Of a stretch of 64,000 nt of DNA, positions 36,447-48,514 are shown piece after piece (position 1 is the first letter of the stretch; each line of letters begins with the position of its first letter). The stretch is from Mobula hypostoma (lineage: Eukaryota), in contig NC_086097.1 of assembly GCF_963921235.1 (NCBI RefSeq), positions 138,572,001-138,636,000 of the forward strand, in the 5' to 3' direction. Below the pieces are notes generated by a model. The model worked only from the letters and a program-made list of their open reading frames with translations. It made no database searches and was not told where the DNA came from. The position numbers and the translations under genes were made by a program.

Positions 36447-39400
36447 GACCATAAGACATAAGATCAGACTTAGGCCATTTGGCCCATCATGTCTGCTCTG
36501 CTATTCAATCATGGCTGATCATTTTCTCCTCTCCCCGTAACCCTTGATGCCATGTCCAATCAAGAACCAATTAAAACTCTGCCTCAAATACGCCCAATGA
36601 CCTCCCCTCATTGGGAAAGAGGACCGGGTCGAGACAACAGAGACTTATGGAGAAGAGGAGTTTGGTGGGTAATAAAATGGACGAGTTCACGGCACTAGCC
36701 AGGCGTCAGAGAACATTTCGGGAGTGCAGTGTTATGTGTTTCACTGGAACGGGGCTGCACGAGGACATACCCAGTCAAAATTTCTCCATGGACGGCTTCC
36801 AGACCGTTCCGGCTGACCGGAAGTGCACTGAGAGCGGTAAGCATAAAGGAGTTGGGTCCTTACTATTCTGGTTAACAACAGGTGGTGCAATCCGGGTCAT
36901 ATTACGATCGAGGAACGTGTTTGTAGACCGGATATTGAACTTTTTACTGTTGGACTTCGGTCACATTCCACCGAGATTCAACACTGGGCGGCGCGAGAGG
37001 TCGTTCCTGCCTGTGGCCATCGAACTTGCTGCTCCTCCCGTGGAGGGTCAGACACCCTGAGCCAGTAGACTGGTCCTGGACTTTTTTCCATCTGGCATAG
37101 TTTGCATTTTGTTGTTTAATTGTTTGTGGTTTTTGTATTGCTATATTTATGCTCTATTCTTGGTTGGTGCGGCTGTAACGAAATCCAATTTCCCTCGGGA
37201 TCAATAAAGTATATCTATCTATCCACAGCTGCCTGTGGTAATAAGTTCCACAAATTCACCACCCTCTGACTAAAGAAATTTCTCCACATCTCTGTTTTAA
37301 ATGGGCGCCCCTCTATCCTGAGGCTGTGCCCTCTTGTCCTGGACTCCCCCCAATATGGGAAACATCCTTTTCACATCTATTCTGTCTAGACCTTTCAACA
37401 TGCAAAAGGTTTCAATGAGATTCCCCCCATCCTTCTAAATTCCAGCGAGTACAGACCAAGAGCTATCAAACGTTCTCATATGATAACAGTGTCATTCCTA
37501 GAATCATCCTTGTGAACCTCTTCTGTACCCTCTCCAATGCCAGCACATCTTTTCTTAGATGAGGAGCCCAAAATTGTTCACAATACTCAAGGTGAGGCCT
37601 CACCAGTGCCTTATAAAGCCTCAGTATCACATCTCTGCTCGTCTTCCAGACTTCTTGAAATGAATTGAAAGGAAATGAATTGCTTTTGTCTTCCCCACCA
37701 CCAACTCGACCTGCAAATTATTCTGCACAACGAAGCCAAGTCCCTTTGCATCTCAAATTTTTGAATTTTTAAAAAGTGGCCTGCATTTATTTCTACTACC
37801 GAAGTACATGACCATGTGCATTTTCCAACATTGTATTTCATTTGCCACTCTTTTGCCCATTCTCCTAATCTGTCTTAGTCCTTCTGCAGCCTACCTGTTT
37901 CCTCAACACTCTGCCTCTCCACCAATCTTCATATCAACTCCAAACTTGGCAAGAAAGCCATGTATCCCTTCCTGTAAATCACTGATATGCAGCATCAAAA
38001 GAAGCAGTCCCAACACCAACCCCTGCAGAATACCACTAGTCACTGGCAGCCAACCAGAAAAGGATCCTTTTGTCCCCACTCGCTGCCTCCTGCCAATCAG
38101 CCAATGCTCTAACCATGCCAATAACTTTCCTGTGATACCATGGGTTCTTAACTTGGTAAACAGCCTCATGTGTAGCAGCTTGTCAAAGGCCTTCTGAAAG
38201 TCCAAATTCGCAACATCCACTGCATCTCCTTTATCTATGTTATTTTTAATCTCCTCAAAGAATTCCAACAGGTTCGTCAGGCAAGATTTTCCCTTAAGTA
38301 AACCATGCTGTCTTTGTCCTAACTTGTCCTATGTCACCAAGTACTCCATAACCTCATCCTTAACATATACTGCAACATATACCCAACCGCTGAGGTCAGG
38401 CTAACTTGTCTATAATTTCCTTTCTTCCGCCTTCCTCCTTTCTTAAAGAGTGGAGTGACATTTGAATTTTCCAATCCTCTGGCACCATGCCAGAGTACAA
38501 TGGATTTTGAAAGATTATTACTAATGCCTCCACAGTATCTGCCGCTACCTTTCTCAGAACCCTAGTCTGCAGTTCATGTGGTCCAGGTAACTTGTGCACC
38601 CTTAGTTCTTTCAGCTTTTTAAGCACCTTCTCCCTTGTAATAGTAACTGCACTAACTTCTCACCCCTCACACCCTTCAACGTCTGGCACACTGGTAGTGT
38701 CTTCCACAATGAAGACTGATGCAAAGTACTCATTTAGTTCATCTCCTTGGCCCCTGTTATTAATTCTCTGGACTCATTTTCTAGAGGTCCTATATCCACT
38801 CTCATCTCTCTTTTATGTTTTACGTTCTTGAAAACGCTTTTACAATTTTTGGTATTGTTTGCTAGCTTGCTTTCATATTTCATGTTTTCCCTCCTAATTC
38901 TTTTAGTTGCTGTCTGTAGGATTTTAAAAGCTTTCCAATCCTCTGTCTTCCCATTAATGTTTGCTTTGTTGTATGTCCTCTCCTTTGTGTTTACATTGGC
39001 TTTGACTTCCCTTATCAGCTACGGTTGTACACTTTAACCATTAGAGTACTTCTTTCTTTTTGGAATGCACTTAGCCTACACCTTACTCATTTTACCCAGA
39101 AACTTGACAGCATTGCTGCTCTGCCAGCGTTTCCTTCCAATTTATTTTGGACAACTCCTCTCTCATACCACTGTACTTTACTCCACTAAAATACCGCTAC
39201 ATCAGACTTTACTTTCTCCCTATCAAATTTCAAGTTGAACTCAATCATATTGTGATCATTGCCTCCTGAAGGTTCTTTTTCCTTAAACTCCATGAATCAC
39301 CTCCGGTTCATTACATGACACCTAATCCAGTTTAGCTGATCCCCTAGCAGGCTCAACAACAAACTGCTCTAAAAAGCCATCTTGTAGGCATTCAGCAAAT

Positions 39401-40915
39401 TCACTCTCTTGAGATCCATTACCAACTTGATTTTCCCAATCGACTTGCATGTTGAAACCTCCCATTCCTATCAAAACATTGCCCCTTTGACACGTCTTTT
39501 CTGTTTCTCGTTGTAATCTGTGGTCCACATCCCAGCTACTGGCTGCGAGGCCTGTATGTAACTGCCATCAGGGTCCTTTTACGCTTGCAGTTTCTTAACT
39601 CAACCCACAAGGATTCAATTGTTCCGACCTTATGTCACATCTTTCTACTGATTTGATGCCATCCTTTACTAGCAGAGCCACACCACCCTCTCTGCCTACC
39701 TTCCTATTCCTTTGATACAACGTGCAAACTTGGATATTAAGCTCCCAACTATAACTATCCTTCAGCCACGATTCAGTGATGGTTAGAACATCATACACCA
39801 TCTGTAATAGTGCAACAAGATTTCTTATTTCTTATACACTGTTCATTGAGATATAACACTTTGAGTACTGTGTTAGCTACCCTTTTTGATTCTGCATTCA
39901 TAATGCACAGATATTCACCCTGCTCGCTGCAATTATGTCTTATCATCTGCCTGCCGTTCCTGACAGTGTGACTGCACGCTATCTTTGCTTTTTTACCATT
40001 CGCCCTATCCTAAGTCCCTTTACTCTGGTTCTCACCCGCCCCCCCCCACCAAATTAGTTTAAGCCCTCCCCAACAACTCTAACAAACCTGTCCACGGGAA
40101 TATTGGATCCCCTTGGGTTCAAGTGCAACCTATCACTTTCGAACAGGTTATACCTCCCTCAGAGGGGATCCCAGTGATCCAAGAACCTGAAGCCCTATCC
40201 CCTGCACCAGCTTCTGAGCCATGCATTAATCTGTCAAAACATCCTGTTTCTACCCTCACTGGCACATGGCACAGGCAGCAATCTAGAAATTGCTACCCTG
40301 GAGGTCCTGCTTCTTGGCTTTCTACCTAGCTCTCTAAGTACTCTTTTCAGGACCTTGTTGCTTCCCTTACTACATCAGTGGTACCAACACGTACCAAGAC
40401 ATCTGGTTGCCTTCCCTCCCCCTCCAAAATGCTGTGGATGCAATCCGAGACGTCTCTGACCCTAACACCTGGGAGGCAAAGTACCATTCAGGAGTCCTGT
40501 TTGTGTCCACAGAATCTTGTGTCTATTCCCTAATGAGTCCCCTATCGCTACCACTCGCCTCTTCTCCCTCATTCTCTTGTGCACCACAGACCTGTGCTCA
40601 GTGCCAGTAATCCGGTCTCTGTGGAATTCCCCTAGGAGGTTATCTCCCACAAGAGTATCCAAAGCAGTATACTTATTATTGAGGGGAATGGCCACAGGGG
40701 TACTCTAAACTAACTGCCTATTCACATTTCCATTTCTATTGACAGTCACCCAGTTATTCACCTCCTGCAACTTAGACGTGACTACTTCCCTGTAACTCTG
40801 ATCAATTATCTTCTCACTCTCCTGTACAAGCTGAAGGTCATCCTGATGCTGCTGCAGATCCCTAACATGGTCTTCGAGGAGCTGCAGCTGGATGCAGTTC
40901 AGTGCAGAGATGATT
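36447..40915 (-). mobile_element. Near full-length decayed CR1 LINE (ORF1 esterase-like remnant, endonuclease and RT)
   Basis: ORF1 remnant IPLNNKYTALDT...VVAIGDSL (SGNH-like). EN motifs YDVLTITESWL and MGGFNM. RT motifs DFQKAFDK and LQGLVLGLLL. 3' tail agaccataagacat. Confidence 0.9.
36610..37222 (+). mobile_element. Internally deleted Rex1/Babar element nested in the CR1 3' end
   Basis: Endonuclease N-terminal peptide (NKMDEFTALARRQRTFRECSVMCFT) is joined at about 36961 to the extreme C-terminus (IPPRFNTGRRERSFLPVAI). aataaag plus (tatc)n tail. Confidence 0.8.
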
Positions 40916-41524
40916 AAACTTCGCCGAGCAGCAACTGAACGTTGGCCCAGTGCTCAAATCAACCAAACAGCAGGTCATTCCTTGCTCTTGGACCCAGGCC
41001 TGCCACTTTGATATGCTCTTGGACACGGAACCTGTCGCCTCGATTCAGTGCATACCCGACCTTTTCAATCTGGCCCCTCTGTCTCACCTCAGTTCTGCTG
41101 CTTCGAATTGGCTCCAAATTCAGTCCAGCAATGGCCAAACCTTGGTTCGTTCCTCTCTTTCAGGCTCGGGCCCTGCCGCCTTGATTTGACCCGTACACGT
41201 CACACCGCAACTGTCTTGCACCTTTGAGTAGTAGATGATCAGCCCAGTTGTTCATCAGCTATCTTGCTGATCCATTATTTCATGAACAGTCTGCATCTCC
41301 CTTGCCACTTTCTGCTGATGATATGTTCACCCTCTAAACTTTAGCTTTGTTTCAGTGTACAACTCCAAGTGTCTGTGGAAATATACTCCAGGCAAGGAAG
41401 AGTAGAAGTGAAAGGAATGTCTCACATAGGATGGAGTAGATTTTGTGCTTCCTAAATCATTCTATATTCGAATAAGTTATATGTCATGGTGATGTGTAAA
41501 TCACACTCAGACTTGGGCGAAAGA

Positions 41525-42200
41525 ATAAACACAAAAAAAAGTCTACGGATGCTGGAAATCCAAAGCAACTCACTCACACGCAATGCTGGAGGATCTCTGC
41601 AGGTCATGCAGAACCTATGGAAGTGAGCAGACAGTCAACATTTTGGACTGAGACCCTTCCTCAGGACTAAGCAGGAAGAGGGAAGATGCTAGAATAAAAA
41701 GGTGGGGGAGAGGGGAAGGTGGCTAGCTGGAAAGTGATAGGTGAAGCCAGGCTGGTGGGAAAGGTCAAGGCTGGAAAAGAAGGAATTTGATAGGAGAGGA
41801 GAGTGGACCATAGGAGAAAGGGAATGGAGGGCGGACCCAGGGAAAAGTAATAGGCAGGTGAGAAGAGGTAAAAGATCAGAGTGAAGAATAGAGGGGTGGG
41901 CGGAGGGGGGGGAATTTGTTTACCCGAAAGAAAAATTGATAGTCATGCCATTAGGTTGGAGGATCCCAAGCAGAATATATAGTGTTGCTCCTCCACCCTG
42001 AGGGTGGCTTCATCTTGGCATAGGAGAAGGCCATGGACTGACATGTCGGAATGGGAATTTGAATGTTTGGCCACCAGGAAGTCCTGCTTTTGGCGGATGT
42101 AACAGAGATCAATGAAGTAGTTCCCCCCCACACCACCCCCAATACCACCCCCAGTTTATGACGGAACTTACCGATGTAGAGAAGGCTACATTGGGAGCAT
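41525..42200 (-). mobile_element. Penelope-like retroelement 3' part (GIY-YIG endonuclease remnant plus terminal repeat)
   Basis: Minus-strand CSQCSLLYIG (about 42171-42199) and LVAKH...HSDMSVHGLLLCQDEATLRVEEQHYIFCLG (ORF 41943..42131). Purine/pyrimidine-skewed UTR. Confidence 0.8.
41632..41668 (-). ncRNA. Decayed minimal hammerhead-ribozyme motif
   Basis: Minus strand AGTC-CTGAGGA-A-GGGTCTCAGTCC-AAAATGTT-GACTG. The GAAA box is mutated to AAAA. Confidence 0.5.
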
Positions 42201-43369
42201 GGGAGAAAGAAGCCAACATCATTTATTTAGCCATCAGTAAGACACTCCTTTTTGCATACAAAGAATACTTGCCATGCTTGTGGATACTGTGGTTACTCTG
42301 TGTTCCGAAACCAAGGCTCAATAAATGTACAGCTGGGAGAAAAGATAAATGGAGAGTAGTCAAGCGAAAGGGAAATAATGTTTTTTCTGCCTTAACACAG
42401 CATTTTGATGCTTCAACTTGTGCTGAATTCAGCTGATTTTAATTATGATAGTAACTAATTATACTGGCAAAAGGTGAAAGCAGGAAATAATGATACTTCC
42501 ATGATTCTTTTTTTTCTAAAATTGTGTGAGAGCTAAGTGAATCAGGTAAATTAATGTTTTTTTTTCTTGCATTCCATCTGCTGTTTGTAAGAGATCTGTA
42601 AATTTCAGTGCTGCAAATGGCCACTGTAGCTGGGAGCTTGATTCACCCATGTGCCTTCATGTGGGGTCAGTGGTATTCTTTGGAAATGGGTTGATTCATA
42701 TCAGAGTCCCTGTTTACTTAGACAGTATAATATTTCTGACAATTTAGTATACTGCTGAAAAATAAATGGCTGTGATGAGCAACAGGTATTTTCAGTTATA
42801 AAAGTATGTTTGAGTCTTTGAATTGCTGTTCATTTTAATGATTCATCTTTCTCTTTCTCATTGTTGTATAGGAACAACATAACAATTCTATCCTTTGCAT
42901 CCAATGTTAAATGTTGGCAGCTATTCATTTGCATTCTAGTTGATTCACTAATGGCTGTGAACATAACCATCCATAGGTAGATTTAAAACAAAAGAATTTG
43001 GATAGTATTTATACAAAATTAGATGCAAAGATTATGAAATTGCCTATTAAGTACATTAGGTCCTGAAAGGACCGTTCAGCATCTCAACATTTTTTTTGTC
43101 ATCAGCCATGGAAAAGAAGGGATGATGTTGCAATGAGCAAAAGGGAGGGTGTACGAAAGAGTAGAGACCAGGAGGGAGTAACTAATACAATGGTGGAGGA
43201 GCTGGCTTTAAAAGAGTGGCAAAATCTTTAAAAAAAAAAGTAAGTTAGTTAGTAACAGAAGGCTTGTTTGGGGATTGTAAGTAGCGGACATCTGCAATCT
43301 GAAGCACCAGAAGAAGAAAAACAGAGATTAAAAATCTATCCATGCTACCATTACATTACAAAGCTGCTT

Positions 43370-43630
43370 TGTTTTATTTTATTTTATTTAGAGATACAGC
43401 ACAGCAATAAGCCTTCTGGCCCAAGAAGCCTGTGCCACCCAGTCAAACCCATGTGATCAATAACCTACTAACCCGTATGTCTTTGAACTGTGGGAGGAGA
43501 CTCTCGCACCCAGAGGAAGCCCATGCAGTCACAGTGAGAACATACAAACTCCTTACAGACAGCAGTGGGAATCGATCCCGGGTCACTGGCGCTGCTATAG
43601 TGTTGCTCTAACCACTGCGCTATCTTGCTG
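43370..43630 (-). mobile_element. V-SINE with CR1-type tail
   Basis: Reverse V-domain gtctttgaactgtgggaggagactctcgcacccagaggaagcccatgc. Tail tttagagatacagcacagcaataagccttctggccca. Confidence 0.8.
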
Positions 43631-44381
43631 CTCCTAGTTTTAATTCAGACCAATCCTAGAGAAACTCATTAGCCTAACTACTTGTTGATAGAAGCTTCCC
43701 CCTCTCATTGGTGAAGAGAGGCAGAAGATCAGCACTGTCAAGTCAGGCTGTTAGTCAAAGGGCCAGGGCTCACTTCACTTTTCCTAGGAAACGTTTCTGT
43801 AGCAGCCCATGACTTTTGGGAAATCTCAGTCCACCACATCATCTGCCAAGAAGTGAATTAGGTCTGTGAAGAAGTAACATTTGCATTTTGTGTATAGACT
43901 GTTTGGTTACTGTTGATATTTAAATACAACATTTTGGTTCAAATACCGTTAGAAATAAACATGAGATTTATTCTTTATGGAATTAAAATTGTACATTAGC
44001 TAAGATTTACATTGTCATATAATCTTATAATCCTATTATGCCATAATAAAATGGCAATTATTTATTTCATACATGCTGCATCAAATCATTAGGTATTTTG
44101 GCCTCTTTCCATTAAACCACTTATTCTGCGTACTGTAGCTAATGTGATCATTTAATTCTAATCATATGGACGTGTTTTTCTCATCAACATTCACCCAAGA
44201 GCTCTTTATCAACTGATTTATGATGACTTTGAAGACCATAGATATAGAGCTGAATCAGGCCATTTGGCCCATCATGTCTGCTCCACCATTCCATCATGGC
44301 TGATTTATTATCTCTCTCAACCCTATTCTTCCATCTTCTCACTGTAACCTCTGATCAAGAGCTAATCAATAATCTATCAAC

Positions 44382-44568
44382 GCAAACACAAGGAAATCTG
44401 CAGATGCTGGAATTACAAGCAACAGACACAAAATGCTGGTGAACGCAGCAGGCCAGGCAGCATCTTTAGGAAGAGGTACCATCGACGTTTTGGGCCGGGA
44501 AGGGTCTCGGCCCAAAACGTCGACTGTACCTCTTCCTAGAGATGCTGCCTGGCCTGCTGCGTTCACCA
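44382..44568. mobile_element. Fold-back Penelope terminal insertion with 61-bp arms and a TSD
   Basis: Arms 44437-44497 and 44508-44568 have 3 mismatches and a 10-nt spacer. Flanked by caataatctatcaac (44367-44381) and caatgatctatcaac (44567-44581). Confidence 0.85.
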
Positions 44569-44742
44569 ATGATCTATCAACCTCTGCTTTAAATGTATCT
44601 AATAACTTGTCCTCCACGGCCATCTATGTCAATTAATTCTACAATTACACTACCCTCTGGCTAAAGAAATTCTACTTCATCTCTGTTCTAAATAGGTGCC
44701 CCTCTTTTCTGAGGCAGTACCCTCTGGTCCTAGACTCTATAG

Positions 44743-44820
44743 CAGGGGTTCCCAACTTATGGTCCTCAGATGCTTCAGTTAATGGTAGGAGTCCATGGCA
44801 TTAAAGAGGTTGGGAACATC
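44743..44820. mobile_element. Mini hAT (Charlie-like) MITE remnant
   Basis: Inverted termini caggggttcccaac ... gttgggaac about 75 bp apart, interrupting the CR1 sequence. Confidence 0.6.
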
Positions 44821-45871
44821 CACTCAACAAGTTTCAATATTCAAAAGTTTTCAATCAGATATCCCCTTTAAATTCTTCTAAACTTCAGTGAGTACAGGCC
44901 CAGAGCCATCACGCTCTTCAAACATTAATTCCTTCATTCTGGAATTGTTCTCGTGAGCCTCCTCTGGACCCTCTCAAATGGCAGCACATATTCTCGATAA
45001 GCATCCCAAAACTGCTCATGAAACTTCAAGTGTGATTTGACCAATGCCTTATTAAGCCTCAGCATTACATGGTTGCTTTTATATTCTAGTCTTCTCAAAA
45101 TAAATGCAAACATTGCATTTGCCTTTCTTACCACTGACTGAACCTGCAACTTAACCTATAGGGAATCCTGTATGGAGACTCCTAAATCCATTTGCATCTC
45201 TGATTTCTGAATTTTCTCCCTGTTAGAAAATAGTCTACATCTTTATTCTTTCTACCAAAATGCATGACCATTCACTTCCCTACACTATATTCCATCTGCC
45301 ACTTCTTTGCCCATTCTCCCTATCTGTTTAAATCCTTCTGCAGACTCCCTGCTTCCTCAACACTTTCTGCCTCTCCACCTATCTACATAATGTCACCATA
45401 CTTGGCCACAAAGCCATCAATTCCTTCATTCAGAACATTGATATATAACATATAAAGAAGTAGCCCAACACCAGTAACTCTGATAAATTGTAAACGTATC
45501 TCTTATCTTTTTCTTGTGTTAGGTGTTACCTAAATGGAGCAATAACTCTGAGGGTATAGTTGGGTTGTCATACTGGGACTATGAACACCTATATTTAAAG
45601 CAGGTGTTGGTAGAAGCACGATTTTTCTTACTGAGTAGCCAATGCTGTTCTTTAAAGTATGCAAGGGTATACAGCTGACTTAATCTGGTGTCAAATTCAA
45701 CTGAATACAATAATGAAATGCCTGTCTGTAGCAAGTGATAAGCACTCGATGGTAATAGTTAGAATATCTTTATAGTTATTTTAAATAATCATTTGCTTTT
45801 ACTTTCATAGCAAGTTAATGTGAAAACACTACAGTGATGTCATTTTTTAATGCTATTTCAGGCAACAATGA

Positions 45872-47454
45872 CAGTTGCAAGAAAAAGTTTGTGAATCCTT
45901 TGCAATTACCTGGTTTTCTGCATTAAGTACTCATAAAATGTGGTCTGATCTTCATCTAAGTCACAATAATAGACAAACATAATCTGCCTGAACTAATAAC
46001 ACACAAACTATTGTACTTCTCATGTCTTAATTGAACACATTGTTTATTATTCACAGTCCAGGCTGGTAGAGCCTTCTTTAGCAGCAGTTACCTCCACCAA
46101 ACATTTCCTGTAGCTGCTGATCAGACTTGCACAATGGCAAGGATGAATTTTAGATCATTCCTTCATACAAAACTGTTTCAGTTCATCAATATTTCTGGTA
46201 TACCTTGCATGAACAGCCTTCTTCAGGTCATGCCACAGCATCTCAGTTGGGTTAAGATCTGGACTCTGATTTGGCCAACCCAAAACATGTTTTCTTCTTT
46301 TTAAACCATTCTGTTGTTGATTTACTCTTGTGTTTCAGATCATTGTCTTGTTGCATTATCCAGCTTCTGTTAAGTTTCAGGTGACAGACCACTAGCCTGA
46401 CATTCTTCTGTAAAATGTCTTGATACAATTTTGAATTCATTGTACCCTCAATGATTGCAAGCTGTCCAGGCCCTGAGACAGCAAACCAACCCCAAACCAT
46501 GATGCTTCTTCCACCATGCTTCACAGATGAAGCTTTGGTGTTGGCATGCAGTGTGCTTTTTCTTCCAAACATAGGGTGTGCATTTCTGTCAAAAAGTTCA
46601 ACTTTTGTCTCATCTATCCACAGAACATTATCCCAGAAGTGTTGTGGGACTTGCAGGTGGTCTTTTGCAAACTTGAGATGTACAGCAATGTGTTTTTTTT
46701 TGAGAGTAGTGGTTTCCTCTGTGACATCCTTCCATGAGCACCGTTCGTGTTCATTGTTTTTCTTACAGTGGAGATATGATTAGAGACTTTAGCAAGGTCT
46801 AGAGATTTCTGCAGGTTTTCGGATACCCATAGGTTCTTTTTCACCTCCTTCAGCATTGCACATTGTGCTGTTGGTGTGATCTTTGCAGGACACCCATTCC
46901 TAGGGAGAGTAGCAACAGTACTGAATTTCCTCCATTTCTTTACAATTTCGTATACTGTGGACTGAAGAACACTTGGGTCTTTAGAAATGCTTTTGTAGCT
47001 CTTTCCAGCTTCGTGCATTTCTGCAATTCTTCTGAGGTCCTCTAAAAATTGTTATGCTCGAGGCATGGTGCACATAAACAGATCTTTCTTGAGAAGAGCA
47101 GGCTTTGTCAGTAACCTGACTTTGTGTGTCTTTTTTTTGCAGGGCCGAGTACCTCTACAATCCACACCTCCAATCCCTTCTTGATTGGAATACCCAACTT
47201 CAAATAGCTTTTGTAGATGGCATTAACTCAGAAGTTCACATACTTTTTTTGAACCTAAATTGTGATTCTTTAAATGGTGTACTCGGTATTGACAAGAAGT
47301 AGTACAATTGTTTGTGTGTTACTAGCTTAGGCAGATTGTGTTTGTCTGTTATTGTGACTTAGGTGAAGATCAGACCACATTTTATCAGACCACATATAAT
47401 TAGTAGGGAAACCCAGGTAACTGCAAAGGGTTCACAAACTTTTTCTTGCAACTG
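45872..47454 (-). mobile_element. Full-length defective Tc1-like DNA transposon (1583 bp, long TIRs)
   Basis: TIRs of about 155 bp (cagttgcaagaaaaagtttgtgaa.../...ttcacaaactttttcttgcaactg) with TA on the right. Transposase remnants HEAGKSYKSISK, VKHGGRSIMVWG, QQDNDLKH and QSPDLNPTEMLW, broken by frameshifts. Confidence 0.95.
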
Positions 47455-47799
47455 TAGCACCTTGGTACTGAATATAATTATTCTTTCAATTGAATCAGAG
47501 GTTATAAGTATATTCAGTTTATTGCTGATTCTATACAAGAGTACTTCAGCCACCTTCCTTGCCCTTTCCCCTGCAGTTTCTGTTTCTTTTCAAATCCTTA
47601 CCCAGTTTCCTTTTGAATGGCAATTTAATCTGTCTACACTGTATTCCCACTATTCTCATTCCTTACCACTCACAACATATAAGTGCTTCTCTTCTATTGG
47701 TTTCTATCTTTGCCTATTTGCCAATTGCCTTCTATCTTTGCTGTCTGGGTTTATGATGCTGTCATCTATTGAATGACTAAACCCTTCACAATTGTCTGT

Positions 47800-48510
47800 A
47801 CGAAATAATGGAGTACTGCAGTTCTGGAATAAATGAGGAGCTGGGAGTCATCAGTATTACAGTATTGAAAAGATGTACTTTGAAGGGATTAATGACACTG
47901 AAAGCCAACAAATACCCAGGAGATGATTACTGGTATCCTAGAGTTTTAAACGAGGTAGCAACGGAGACGACATTGTTGTTTTCCAAATCTTTCTCGCAGA
48001 TTGGGTGATAAATGCCAGTTCCCTTCTTTATTTAGGAAAGGAGATAGGGCCAAATTGAGGAACAGTAGACTTCATTGCTCAAATGTCTTATTAAGGGATT
48101 GATAGCAGCATTTGCTGGGCAAAGTCGGCATGGATTTATGGAAATAATTCTATTTGCCAGTTCATGACCTATGGTTGGCAGAGTTAATAAGAGATAGCCT
48201 TTATACATGGTTTATTTGGACTTTCAGAAGGCCTTCAGTAGAATATCACAGGAATATTTATGAAAAACAATAAGCACATTGTATTGTGGGAATATATCGA
48301 TCTTGGTTAATGACTGGTTAAAGTGTCAGAAAAGAGGTTGGGAACAGATTTTAAGAATGGAAGCTGAGAAATCTCTGCCACAAAGGTGGTTATAGAATCT
48401 CCAGTGGTTCACGACTTACATCAGTGATTTGGATGATGGAATTTTGTGCATTGTATCCAAATTTGGTGCTTATATATAACTAGGTGGCAGTGAGTGCAGA
48501 GGGAAGAATG
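47800..48510 (+). mobile_element. Old CR1 RT fragment, resuming at about 51010
   Basis: LKANKYPGDDYWYPRVLNEVA and tatttggactttcagaaggccttc (YLDFQKAF). Confidence 0.7.
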
Positions 48511-48514
48511 ACTA

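Larger units (their letters stand above)
44232..45470 (-). mobile_element. CR1 LINE 3' part (subfamily B-like) with nested Penelope hairpin and mini-hAT
   Basis: QVQSVVRKANAMFAFI...ERVQRRLTRTIP (ORF 44934..45149). Tail agaccatagatatag. Confidence 0.88.

Noticed and set aside
44366..44636. Two overlapping opposite-strand ORFs with near-identical peptides
   Set aside because: An artefact of the DNA inverted repeat, not evidence of coding.
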